Assembly: GCF_947039875.1 (NCBI RefSeq)
Contig: NZ_CAMRAN010000016.1
Location: 3,592-67,591 of the forward strand
Source of the DNA: an uncultured Photobacterium sp.
GTDB lineage: Bacteria > Pseudomonadota > Gammaproteobacteria > Enterobacterales > Vibrionaceae
DNA length: 64,000 nucleotides
Direction: 5' to 3'
In this document: in pieces, positions 7,896 to 15,867 of the stretch
Position numbering within the stretch: the first letter of the stretch is position 1
Layout of the letters: each line of letters opens with the position of its first letter
Notes under the pieces: generated by a model
What the model saw: only the letters and a program-made list of their open reading frames with translations
Databases searched by the model: none
Told to the model about the DNA's origin: nothing
Program-made: the position numbers and the translations under genes

Positions 7896-9929
7896 ATGAA
7901 TGCTATAATTGAGACCAATATTATAAGCGACACTATAGTATTATCACAAATTGATAAAACCGTTAATTTTAAAAATTGTCTTGGAGTTTTTCAAGGTGGT
8001 GGATGTAAAGCTCTTGCGTTTGTTGGGGCTTATGGAGAAGCTAAATCTCGCGGTGTCAATTTTTCTGAAGTAGCGGGGACATCTGCTGGATCAATATTTG
8101 CTGCATTGATAGCTGCTGGTGCAACGCCTCAGTATATGGAAAATTTAATAAAGGATATTGACTTTAATAGATTTAATCACCCTATAGATAAGAATTTATC
8201 AAACAAATATGGATTTAATGAATATAAATATTCTCGAAAAATAGCAGGAAGGCTTTTTAAAAAAAATAAGATAATATCTAATATTCTAAACTTTGTAGAT
8301 AATATTGGTCTGTTTTCATCTGAAGAACTAGATCTGTGGTTAAATGATGAATTAAAAACTCTTTTAAATATTGAAAATAAAACAGTTACTTTTAAAGATT
8401 TAAAAATACCTCTTCATGTGATTGCGACTGATCTTATTAAAAAGAAGCAAAAGATTTGGAATGAAAATACTCCAGATGTTTCAGTCGCGTATGCTGTTCG
8501 CTGCTCTTGTAGTATACCTTTATATTTTCAGCCTGTTAATATGGAGTTTGTTGATGGGGGGTTAGTGAGTAACTTACCTTCATTTTCTTTAAATAATGGA
8601 GTAGGGCATTTTGAAAAAATATTATGCTTTACTTTGAGTAGTAAACCAGAAGAAATTAAATGTATAAAAACTTATTTAGAAAGTATTGCAGGCTCTGTTG
8701 TTGATGGTGCAATTCAAATACAAGAAACGCTTCAATATAATACATATAATATTAAAATTAATGATTTACCAGTTACAACAACAGGATTTGAAATTCTTAC
8801 TCCTGAGTTAATTCAAGATACTATTTCTATAGGTAAAAGAGCTGCAGCAGAATTTTTTAACGATGAAACAACTAAAATAAGTGAAAAAGAAGATATATCA
8901 ACACCAAAATTAACCAAAGATTATATTTTGAATTCGGTTGTTATGGAGGATGTAGATTGTCATAATCATATATATATGTGTTTTAATGATACAAAACATA
9001 TATATGGATTATTTCCTACAATATTGAGTTGGTTGGTTGAAAAAAAGATCAGAATAACATTTATAACTAGGTATATTAAAAATATTACAACTGATCATGA
9101 TAGTGTTTTGCATGAAAAATATCGAAGAAAACTAATTGAAAGATTTGGTATTCATTTAATTGAGAGAGAATCTATTCCTTTTGATGCATTTATATTTGAG
9201 GGTGATTACAAATATAATGATAAGGCGATATTCCTTTATGATAAAGACGACTTAGAATTTAATATAGGACATGGTGCAATATATGATGGTAAATATAACT
9301 TACATATCATATCATCATTAATAAAAATGTTAAATTTGACAGATAAAGATAAAAAAAATCATGACCTTATCATATCTAATTTAAAGAACTTTACTATTGA
9401 AAAATGTTCAAGTAAACAGCATATAAGAAAGCTAAAGAATGTACAGCAATACAAAGGAAAAAATGTTTCAATTAAAGAAATAAAACTTAATCTTTCTAAT
9501 GTTAAGTTAATGACAAAATATGTTAAATCATATAAGTACAACCAAATAGATAAGCTATATGAAATATTAAATAAAAACGGAATTTCATTATTTGATTACT
9601 CAGTAATAACTTTTTCTGATGGTTTACAGTTTTTAATTACACCTATTATTGTAGAAAAGCATGGAAATGATTATATTGTAATAAAAGGGAATAGTCGTTT
9701 AAATTATGCGTATAGAGAGTTAGAGTTAAATGGATATTTTAGTGCGGTTGTAGCTAATAAGGTATCAATTAACTTACCATCTATCGGATGCTATCCTACT
9801 TCAGATTGTATTATAACTACTATAAATAAAGAGGGATCAACCCGATATGAAAACTGGAGTTATCGCAATTTTAGACGTGTTGAAGAAACAATAAGAAATC
9901 CGAGTGATTTTTTAGAGGAGGAGATTTAA
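7896..9929 (+). CDS. Three-part fusion protein: patatin-like phospholipase, unknown middle domain, ParB/Srx-like C-terminal domain
   Basis: The N-terminus has FQGGGCKA, AGTSAG (Ser63) and VDGGLVSNLP. Residues ~340-520 carry no motif I recognise. The C-terminus reads ITPIIVEKHGNDYIVIKGNSRLNYAYRELELNG, matching the ParB N-terminal/sulfiredoxin-fold pattern (hydrophobic strand, Y-x-h-h-x-G-x-x-R). Confidence 0.85.
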   Translation: MNAIIETNIISDTIVLSQIDKTVNFKNCLGVFQGGGCKALAFVGAYGEAKSRGVNFSEVAGTSAGSIFAALIAAGATPQYMENLIKDIDFNRFNHPIDKNLSNKYGFNEYKYSRKIAGRLFKKNKIISNILNFVDNIGLFSSEELDLWLNDELKTLLNIENKTVTFKDLKIPLHVIATDLIKKKQKIWNENTPDVSVAYAVRCSCSIPLYFQPVNMEFVDGGLVSNLPSFSLNNGVGHFEKILCFTLSSKPEEIKCIKTYLESIAGSVVDGAIQIQETLQYNTYNIKINDLPVTTTGFEILTPELIQDTISIGKRAAAEFFNDETTKISEKEDISTPKLTKDYILNSVVMEDVDCHNHIYMCFNDTKHIYGLFPTILSWLVEKKIRITFITRYIKNITTDHDSVLHEKYRRKLIERFGIHLIERESIPFDAFIFEGDYKYNDKAIFLYDKDDLEFNIGHGAIYDGKYNLHIISSLIKMLNLTDKDKKNHDLIISNLKNFTIEKCSSKQHIRKLKNVQQYKGKNVSIKEIKLNLSNVKLMTKYVKSYKYNQIDKLYEILNKNGISLFDYSVITFSDGLQFLITPIIVEKHGNDYIVIKGNSRLNYAYRELELNGYFSAVVANKVSINLPSIGCYPTSDCIITTINKEGSTRYENWSYRNFRRVEETIRNPSDFLEEEI

Positions 9930-10612
9930 TGAACAATTTAAGTTATTTAAATTTTATTTGTAAAAAAAATCCTAATATAAACATATTGAGGGTTTTTGAT
10001 TTTTCTTTTTCCAATAAATTTCAAGAAATAAATGAAGAATTAACTGTAGATGAATTTGAAGCTGTAAAAAATTGTATAAAATATAAAAATAAATATGATA
10101 TGAGTTTTTGGGAATCATTATTTATATTAATGAAAGAAGGGCAGACTGTTAGTAAAAGAATGCTTAATCATTCAATTTTTCATAATGAGAATAATAAATA
10201 TATTAATATTAAGCGTGATGATTTTTTTGATTATATCAAAACTGATATTGATGGTAATGTAGCATTAAATTCTAAAGTAGTACTTAAAGATGGAACTGTA
10301 ATGCATATTCCAATGTTAGACTTTAAAATACCATCAAATAAAAGTAATTTAGACATTGTTCATAATGTTATTGAAATGTTTAACTTAGATGGATTAATAC
10401 TTAATAGTGGAAAGTCTTTTCACTTTATTGGATTTGATTTGATAACTGAAAATGATTTAATTAATCTACTTTCTAAGTTTATTCTTCTTCACCCTATCTC
10501 AGATAAAGCTTGGGCTGCTCATCAAATAATTGAACGCTCAGCTTCATTAAGAATATCAAAAAAATATGGTAAATATCCGTATTTAATGGAAAGTAAAATA
10601 AATCTATCTTAG
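9929..10612 (+). CDS. 227-aa protein of unknown function, translationally coupled to the patatin-ParB gene; motif spacing resembles primase-polymerases
   Basis: Its ATG overlaps the upstream TAA (TAATG) and a GGAGGAG SD sits 7 nt upstream. The C-terminal half contains HIPMLDFK, then about 30 aa, LNSGKSFHFIGF, then about 30 aa, LLHPISDKAW. The AEP resemblance is an inference only, because the DxD motif is incomplete. Confidence 0.75.
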   Translation: MNNLSYLNFICKKNPNINILRVFDFSFSNKFQEINEELTVDEFEAVKNCIKYKNKYDMSFWESLFILMKEGQTVSKRMLNHSIFHNENNKYINIKRDDFFDYIKTDIDGNVALNSKVVLKDGTVMHIPMLDFKIPSNKSNLDIVHNVIEMFNLDGLILNSGKSFHFIGFDLITENDLINLLSKFILLHPISDKAWAAHQIIERSASLRISKKYGKYPYLMESKINLS

Positions 10613-10664
10613 ATTATTTTAAAAATTTAAACCAAAGCGATCTCTCACCAAGATCGCTTTGTTT

Positions 10665-11006
10665 CTAAAACCGCTTTCCAAACCGACTGGTATTATCTTT
10701 CCATTCTTCAACTGCAGAACGTAACCAACGTAAGGGCATGAGTGTAATTGGTTCAGGGAAGCCACGTGTTTGTCGCCACTTATAAATTGTTGCTCGACTT
10801 GTGATTTGAAACATTTCTAATACTTCAACGTGACTAATTAAAAGATGCGTTGATTGCTCATTAAGTTCAGCATAAGTTTTTGCTGGTGGCGGTGAATATC
10901 GGTAGTTGCTTTGTTGTTTACTTTTGTAGTGTGACGGTGTCACGTTTAAGTTGTTTTCTGTGGCATAAGAAATATTTACAGTAGGGTAGCTGTTGTAATC
11001 GAACAT
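10665..11006 (-). CDS. AlpA/Vis-family phage-type helix-turn-helix (HTH) regulator or excisionase-like protein
   Basis: The C-terminus (LISHVEVLEMFQITSRATIYKWRQTRGFPEPITLMPLRWLRSAVEEW) is the typical AlpA HTH. I prefer the start at 11006 (MFDYNSY). Confidence 0.75.
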   Translation of the reverse strand: MFDYNSYPTVNISYATENNLNVTPSHYKSKQQSNYRYSPPPAKTYAELNEQSTHLLISHVEVLEMFQITSRATIYKWRQTRGFPEPITLMPLRWLRSAVEEWKDNTSRFGKRF

Positions 11007-11016
11007 GTTTGATTCC

Positions 11017-11172
11017 TTATTGGCATGTTGTACTAACAAAATTAGAAAGACGAACCCGATTCATGGTGTGCCAGCAACGGGCATCACCTTTAAATAAGCC
11101 TCCCGTCTTTAATTTTGCACATCCTTCCGGTAATGACTCACCACAATGTTGGCAAGTATCTAATGAGCTCAA
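11017..11172 (-). CDS. Possible 51-aa Cys-rich (zinc-ribbon-like) ORF just upstream of alpA
   Basis: A TTG start gives LSSLDTCQHCGESLPEGCAKLKTGGLFKGDARCWHTMNRVRLSNF. The stop lies 10 nt before the alpA ATG. I saw no ATG start and no clear SD. Confidence 0.3.
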   Translation of the reverse strand: MSSLDTCQHCGESLPEGCAKLKTGGLFKGDARCWHTMNRVRLSNFVSTTCQ

Positions 11173-11371
11173 ATAAATAACTCTTTATTTTTAATTGGTT
11201 AGGTTCTTCTGGGCGCTCAGAAACCGCAAACGAGTCAGACTCTCGGGAAATAAAAATTTTCTGGCCTTCTTAGCCACCACCGAGGTTGGTGATTAAGTCC
11301 ATTTTCGGTGGTGAAGGGCTGAGCGTGATGCGTAACGCTTATCTTAAATATAATTTACTTGCCATCATCCG

Positions 11372-11442
11372 TTTAGCCATAAACGGCTAAATTCTAACAA
11401 TTAGCCAGATATAGCTAAATTACGAAAGAAAATTATGGCTAA
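11372..11442. promoter_or_regulatory. Cluster of TTAGCC-N6-GGCTAA-type palindromes (candidate operator or iteron set)
   Basis: TTTAGCCATAAACGGCTAAA (11372-11391) is a perfect 7+7 palindrome. TTAGCCAGATATAGCTAA (11401-11418) is imperfect. A further GGCTAA half-site lies at 11437-11442. Confidence 0.4.
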
Positions 11443-11467
11443 TATGAATCAACTCTATTTAATTGTA

Positions 11468-11534
11468 CTAATGAGTAAGTAATTACACATTAAAGTGTTT
11501 AATCCTCATTAATGTGTATTAAATTACTCATTAA
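11468..11534. repeat. Imperfect 26-bp inverted repeat (a long hairpin or cruciform candidate)
   Basis: CTAATGAGTAAGTAATTACACATTAA (11468-11493) faces TTAATGTGTATTAAATTACTCATTAA (11509-11534), separated by a 15-nt spacer. Confidence 0.5.
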
Positions 11535-11712
11535 TACTTTAAATAAGTAATTGGTGTATTTTTATTGTGGGTGTTTGAATCATCAGATGTCGCTTGATGG
11601 TTGGGTGTGATGCGTAACGTGGTTTAAATATGAAGGGAATATTGATTTAAAGGATATAAAAAAAGGCAACTCAAGACACAAGATTCTGTGTATTAAATCA
11701 CCTTTTATTCGG

Positions 11713-11856
11713 TTAGCAAATGGCTTGCTTTTTTTTCTCACCGGATAATTCTGGTGCAGATGTTTTGTATTTATTCGACATTAATGTTTTAGCATTTTTT
11801 AAGAGTAGACTACGCATGTCTTGAGCCGATAAACGCTTAGTTTTTGTTTTGTTCAT
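11713..11856 (-). CDS. Possible 47-aa basic small protein
   Basis: A strong GGAGGA SD precedes the ATG at 11856. The product is MNKTKTKRLSAQDMRSLLLKNAKTLMSNKYKTSAPELSGEKKKQAIC. It lies downstream of the 178-aa gene on the same strand. Confidence 0.35.
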   Translation of the reverse strand: MNKTKTKRLSAQDMRSLLLKNAKTLMSNKYKTSAPELSGEKKKQAIC

Positions 11857-11924
11857 GGTTCCTCCAACTCATTCTTATATGGTTGTATTATAGCCTAACT
11901 AAAAGTAGGAATGAAGATTTAAGT

Positions 11925-12461
11925 TTAATTCAACAATTCAGCTAATATACGCTCTTGAGCGGCCTGTAATGACTCATAGCTTGCATACATTGCTACATTT
12001 GCATCAGATGTCGCCTCAAAGCCAAATTGTTCATAATGTTGGATAAGATCTTGGTGTGGCTGGACAACATATGCACCAACACTTTCTTCTCTTAATGCAA
12101 GAAAGTAAGTGGCTGCGATGACGACTAGTGTTGTTAGTCTTCCATTCAGAGGGTGAGTTCTATTATTTCTGACCAGTGATTCAATTAAGAAAATATGTAA
12201 TTGGCCATCTGATGCAGCATAAATACCAAGCATTGCGCCATCAATGTCTAATTCAGATACTAATCGAAATCCTAAATGAAAAGAATCTTCATGTAAGTAA
12301 TGCCCATGCATAGCAAGCCAATTGAGGACGGTCCGATCATCTCGAACGAGTGCTTCAAAGTCATTATCAGTTAGGCTTTGAACACTAAGACCTAAATCAA
12401 CTTGATCAATAAATTGTTGTAAGAATGAAACCGTTTCTTGAAGGTCTTGTTGTATAGTCAC
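11925..12461 (-). CDS. Hypothetical protein with a GNAT-like acetyltransferase fold (tentative)
   Basis: The 178-aa product has LHIFLIESLVRNNRTHPLNGRLTTLVVIAATYFLA (an R-x-x-G-x-like segment) and a C-terminal QHYEQFGFE, reminiscent of GNAT motifs A and B. Confidence 0.45.
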   Translation of the reverse strand: MTIQQDLQETVSFLQQFIDQVDLGLSVQSLTDNDFEALVRDDRTVLNWLAMHGHYLHEDSFHLGFRLVSELDIDGAMLGIYAASDGQLHIFLIESLVRNNRTHPLNGRLTTLVVIAATYFLALREESVGAYVVQPHQDLIQHYEQFGFEATSDANVAMYASYESLQAAQERILAELLN

Positions 12462-12648
12462 TGATTGATCCTGATATGACGTTTTAATATTAGTATTATA
12501 TTGAGGTTATGTTGGCATGAATCGCCAATAATGATGGAAACAGCACCTTTATCTAAATACCTTATAGAGGTGCACAGTTTTACGTGACCACTTTAGTCGT
12601 GAGTGTGCTGGCTGTCGTAATTTATTGAGCGACTATAAATATAGTTAA

Positions 12649-13671
12649 TTATTCTTTCATTGATGAATTATGTAATTTAGTCGGGGGATTACCCGTCCAA
12701 CGTTTAAATGCACGAGAAAAGCTGCTCAATTCAGAAAAACCTAATTGATAAGTTATTTCTGTCATGCTTATTTCTGGTTTTTTTAATAGGCGAATAGCTT
12801 TATTTAAACGGTAACAATCAAGAGTACTTGTAAAGCTTGTATTAACACTTGCAAGACGCCGAATTAGGGTACGAGGACTTATGTGTAGTTGTTGAGCAAC
12901 ATAATTAGCATTAATATCTTTTAGAGATTTACATTGCTCAAATATATTACAAATTTGTAAGCAAATATCACTTTTTTTCAAATTTTCAACACGTTGATGT
13001 ACAAAGGTTAAATTATGATAATGTATTTCAGGGTGATAATTTTCAACTGTTGGAATGAGATCTTTTTCTTTAAAGGTTAGTTTTATGACTTTTTTGTTGA
13101 TTAATTTTGTACAATTGTACCTCTGCTTTAAGTAATTTTTTTCACTTTCATTATAGTTTAGATCTGGCGCATATAATTGAAATGGAATGGCTTTTTTATT
13201 ATTTAAATTCCGCATCATTTCTAACAAAGTGCAGATAACAATAATATAGCCTGATTTAGTTACACGAGAGTCTTTTGGGAAAGGGTTTTGAATGAATATG
13301 ATTTCAATCTCATCATTGTTTTGATTAAGTGATAAATTTATTTGTGGTGCGATATAAATGAAATTATCACAAGTAATCTTTAGGAAATCATATAATGAGC
13401 GACATGTAGAAAGAGCAATGGAATAACATCCAAAAGTGAAAGGAGTAAAATGTTTTGCTGCTTGAATTGACATTTGAAAATTTTGGTCATTTTCAATGAG
13501 TTCAGAATGAAGCATTCGTAATAAACGAATGTCATATTCTCCCTCATCATTCGCTTTAATATTTTTATAAGATTCTGCTATTTTTATATTGGATTCATTT
13601 GTTTGCGCTGTAAGGATCGTATACCAACCGGCATGTAAGAAGTAATGATTAGTGTTTTTGTTGCTGAGCAT
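12649..13671 (-). CDS. AraC-family transcriptional regulator
   Basis: The C-terminus has the double HTH (ISPRTLIRRLASVNTSFTSTLDCYRLNKAIRLL...MTEITYQLGFSELSSFSRAFKRWTGNPP). The N-terminus is a ~230-aa putative ligand-binding region. Confidence 0.85.
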   Translation of the reverse strand: MLSNKNTNHYFLHAGWYTILTAQTNESNIKIAESYKNIKANDEGEYDIRLLRMLHSELIENDQNFQMSIQAAKHFTPFTFGCYSIALSTCRSLYDFLKITCDNFIYIAPQINLSLNQNNDEIEIIFIQNPFPKDSRVTKSGYIIVICTLLEMMRNLNNKKAIPFQLYAPDLNYNESEKNYLKQRYNCTKLINKKVIKLTFKEKDLIPTVENYHPEIHYHNLTFVHQRVENLKKSDICLQICNIFEQCKSLKDINANYVAQQLHISPRTLIRRLASVNTSFTSTLDCYRLNKAIRLLKKPEISMTEITYQLGFSELSSFSRAFKRWTGNPPTKLHNSSMKE

Positions 13672-14530
13672 TTTGTTAACCTTAGCACTAATAGTTAATC
13701 AATCATTAAAATAGTCATCTTTTTGTGTGACCTATTTTAACAATTCTATTAATTATTGTCGATGAAGTGGGTCACAACTTGGTCTAATGTCGAAAATTGA
13801 CAACCATATGGCATTTTTTGTCAATGATGATCGGTTCCTGATTAACGATGTTATGTTTATTTATCAAGATACTAGCACCTTATTTATTAATAAAAGGTCA
13901 CCCAATGACTAATTTAATGCTGGTAGATTAAATAATGTAAGGTGAATTGCTTTATATGCATTATAAGTAAAGGAATATATTACATGTAAATAAGGTTAAT
14001 TATTAAATGTAAGGTGTTATTTTGACATTTTAGGACACTTACTTATCTATAACTGTCATGAAAAATAAAATGAGATATAAGTCATAGTTAATATTTAAGT
14101 GTTATGTTTATATGTTGATAGATATTTAATTTTAAGTGATATGTTTAAGGGGGGATAATAATGATCTTCAAATAATTTAAGGGTTTATAACTGTGGTTTT
14201 TTGCTATTGCGGAATAAGGTACGTAGTGAAAATGCTCTCAAATAAATAATGAATCTAAAAGTGTTGTGTAAAGCTAAACAATAATTTTGTCTACATAACT
14301 ATTTATATAATCGATATAGAACAATAACTTACTACTAAAGTTTAATTCGTACAGATAATTTCAAATCTAATCCTAAAGTAAAAAATAAAGCTCTTAAATT
14401 ATAAAGATTTAAGTGTTTGATATTATAAGTAATATAGGGGAGCGCTCTCAGGAAATGGTTTTAAATTGACGGTGTAGATTATAAGTAACGAATAGTTTTT
14501 TCATTAATAAAATAAATAAAAGAGTGTTTT

Positions 14531-15808
14531 ATGAATAAAATAAATACGGTATCTATGCTAGACGCGGTGTCTAAAATAAAATCAGGTGATCGTCTGTGGG
14601 TTAGCGGGGCTATTGGTATTTCTTATGAGTTTTTAACGACTCTTGAAAAAATGAGTTCAGAGCTTAAAAATGTTGAAATAATCAGTGGAATGATTTTAAA
14701 CCCTAAACAGGAGTTTATGTCTCCAGCATATAAAGGTCGAATTTACTATCGAAGCCTTTTTTTAGGCCCCTTGGAACGTGTAATGCGTCCTTTAGGTAAT
14801 ATGGAATTAAATACGACTCATTACAGTAGTATGAAAGATTTATTTTTAGAATTAAAACCAAATGTTGTGGTGCTAGAAGTTTCTCCGCCAAATGAGGACG
14901 GGTTTTGTAGTTTAGGGCCAATTGGTGGATTAGGTTCTCAGTTAATGGCGAGCTATGCAAATAAAGTTATTTTGGTCATAAATGAAAATGTACCGCATTG
15001 CGGCGGGTATCGTAATTTTATTCATATTGATAAAGCCACAACAATCACTACATCAAAGCTCCCATTAATTGCAATTCCAACTGAAACAGTAAGTGATATT
15101 GATACTCAAATTGGGGAAATTGTTGCTGATATTATTGATGATGGATGTACGTTACAAATCGGTATTGGTTCAATTTCTAATGCTGTTGGTTATGCATTGA
15201 AAAAAAAGAAGAATATAAAGATTCATACTGAAATGCTAACTAGCTCAATGGTTGAGTTAATTCAAGCGGGTGCAGTAGATCCAACCGTAAATGTCACTTG
15301 TACTTTAGCAATGGGAGATCAAAACTTATTAGATTATTTGAAATCAGCAGATAATTTAGTTATCGAACCATGCTATGACGTTACAGACCCATATATTGTC
15401 TCTAAGCATGATTATTTTACCTCTGTTAATACTTGCATTGCTGTTGATTTAACGGGGCAAGTCACTGCCGAAGGTATGGGGTATAGACAAATATCCGGGA
15501 CGGGAGGGGCATACGATTTTGCTCGTGCAGCGAAAATGTCCAATGGTGGAAAATCTATTATTGCGCTTAAATCAATGTATACCAACAAAGAAGGTAAATT
15601 AGTTTCAAATATTATGGTGGGATTTCCTGAAGGTACACCAATTACTTATTTACGTTCAGATGTTGATTATATTGCAACAGAATACGGTATTGTACGTTTG
15701 ATGAATAAGTCATATGAAGAACGAACCAAATTATTAATCAGTATTGCTCACCCTGATTTACGTGAATCCTTAAAAGACGAAGCAATCAAAAGTGGTTTAA
15801 TTCATTAG
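14531..15808 (+). CDS. Acetyl-CoA hydrolase/transferase-family CoA-transferase (4-hydroxybutyrate/short-chain acyl-CoA transferase-like)
   Basis: The 425-aa product contains LQIGIGSISNAV, IHTEMLT (the catalytic Glu context) and ISGTGGAYDFARAA (the GxGGxxDF motif). Confidence 0.85.
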   Translation: MNKINTVSMLDAVSKIKSGDRLWVSGAIGISYEFLTTLEKMSSELKNVEIISGMILNPKQEFMSPAYKGRIYYRSLFLGPLERVMRPLGNMELNTTHYSSMKDLFLELKPNVVVLEVSPPNEDGFCSLGPIGGLGSQLMASYANKVILVINENVPHCGGYRNFIHIDKATTITTSKLPLIAIPTETVSDIDTQIGEIVADIIDDGCTLQIGIGSISNAVGYALKKKKNIKIHTEMLTSSMVELIQAGAVDPTVNVTCTLAMGDQNLLDYLKSADNLVIEPCYDVTDPYIVSKHDYFTSVNTCIAVDLTGQVTAEGMGYRQISGTGGAYDFARAAKMSNGGKSIIALKSMYTNKEGKLVSNIMVGFPEGTPITYLRSDVDYIATEYGIVRLMNKSYEERTKLLISIAHPDLRESLKDEAIKSGLIH

Positions 15809-15867
15809 AATTCCTAAGTGGAGAGATGATGTTCTTTCCATTTCATATTACATATAAGGATATATTT

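Larger units (their letters stand above)
11325..11633. repeat. Direct repeats flanking a structured ~300-bp non-coding block
   Basis: GTGATGCGTAACG occurs at 11325-11337 and 11607-11619. Each copy is followed within 5-7 nt by TTAAATAT. Confidence 0.55.

Noticed and set aside
9111-9134. HEKYRRKL in the middle domain of the patatin-ParB protein, considered as a phospholipase-D HKD motif.
   Set aside because: The HxK(x)4D pattern is not satisfied because there is no Asp at the required position, and there is no second HKD copy.
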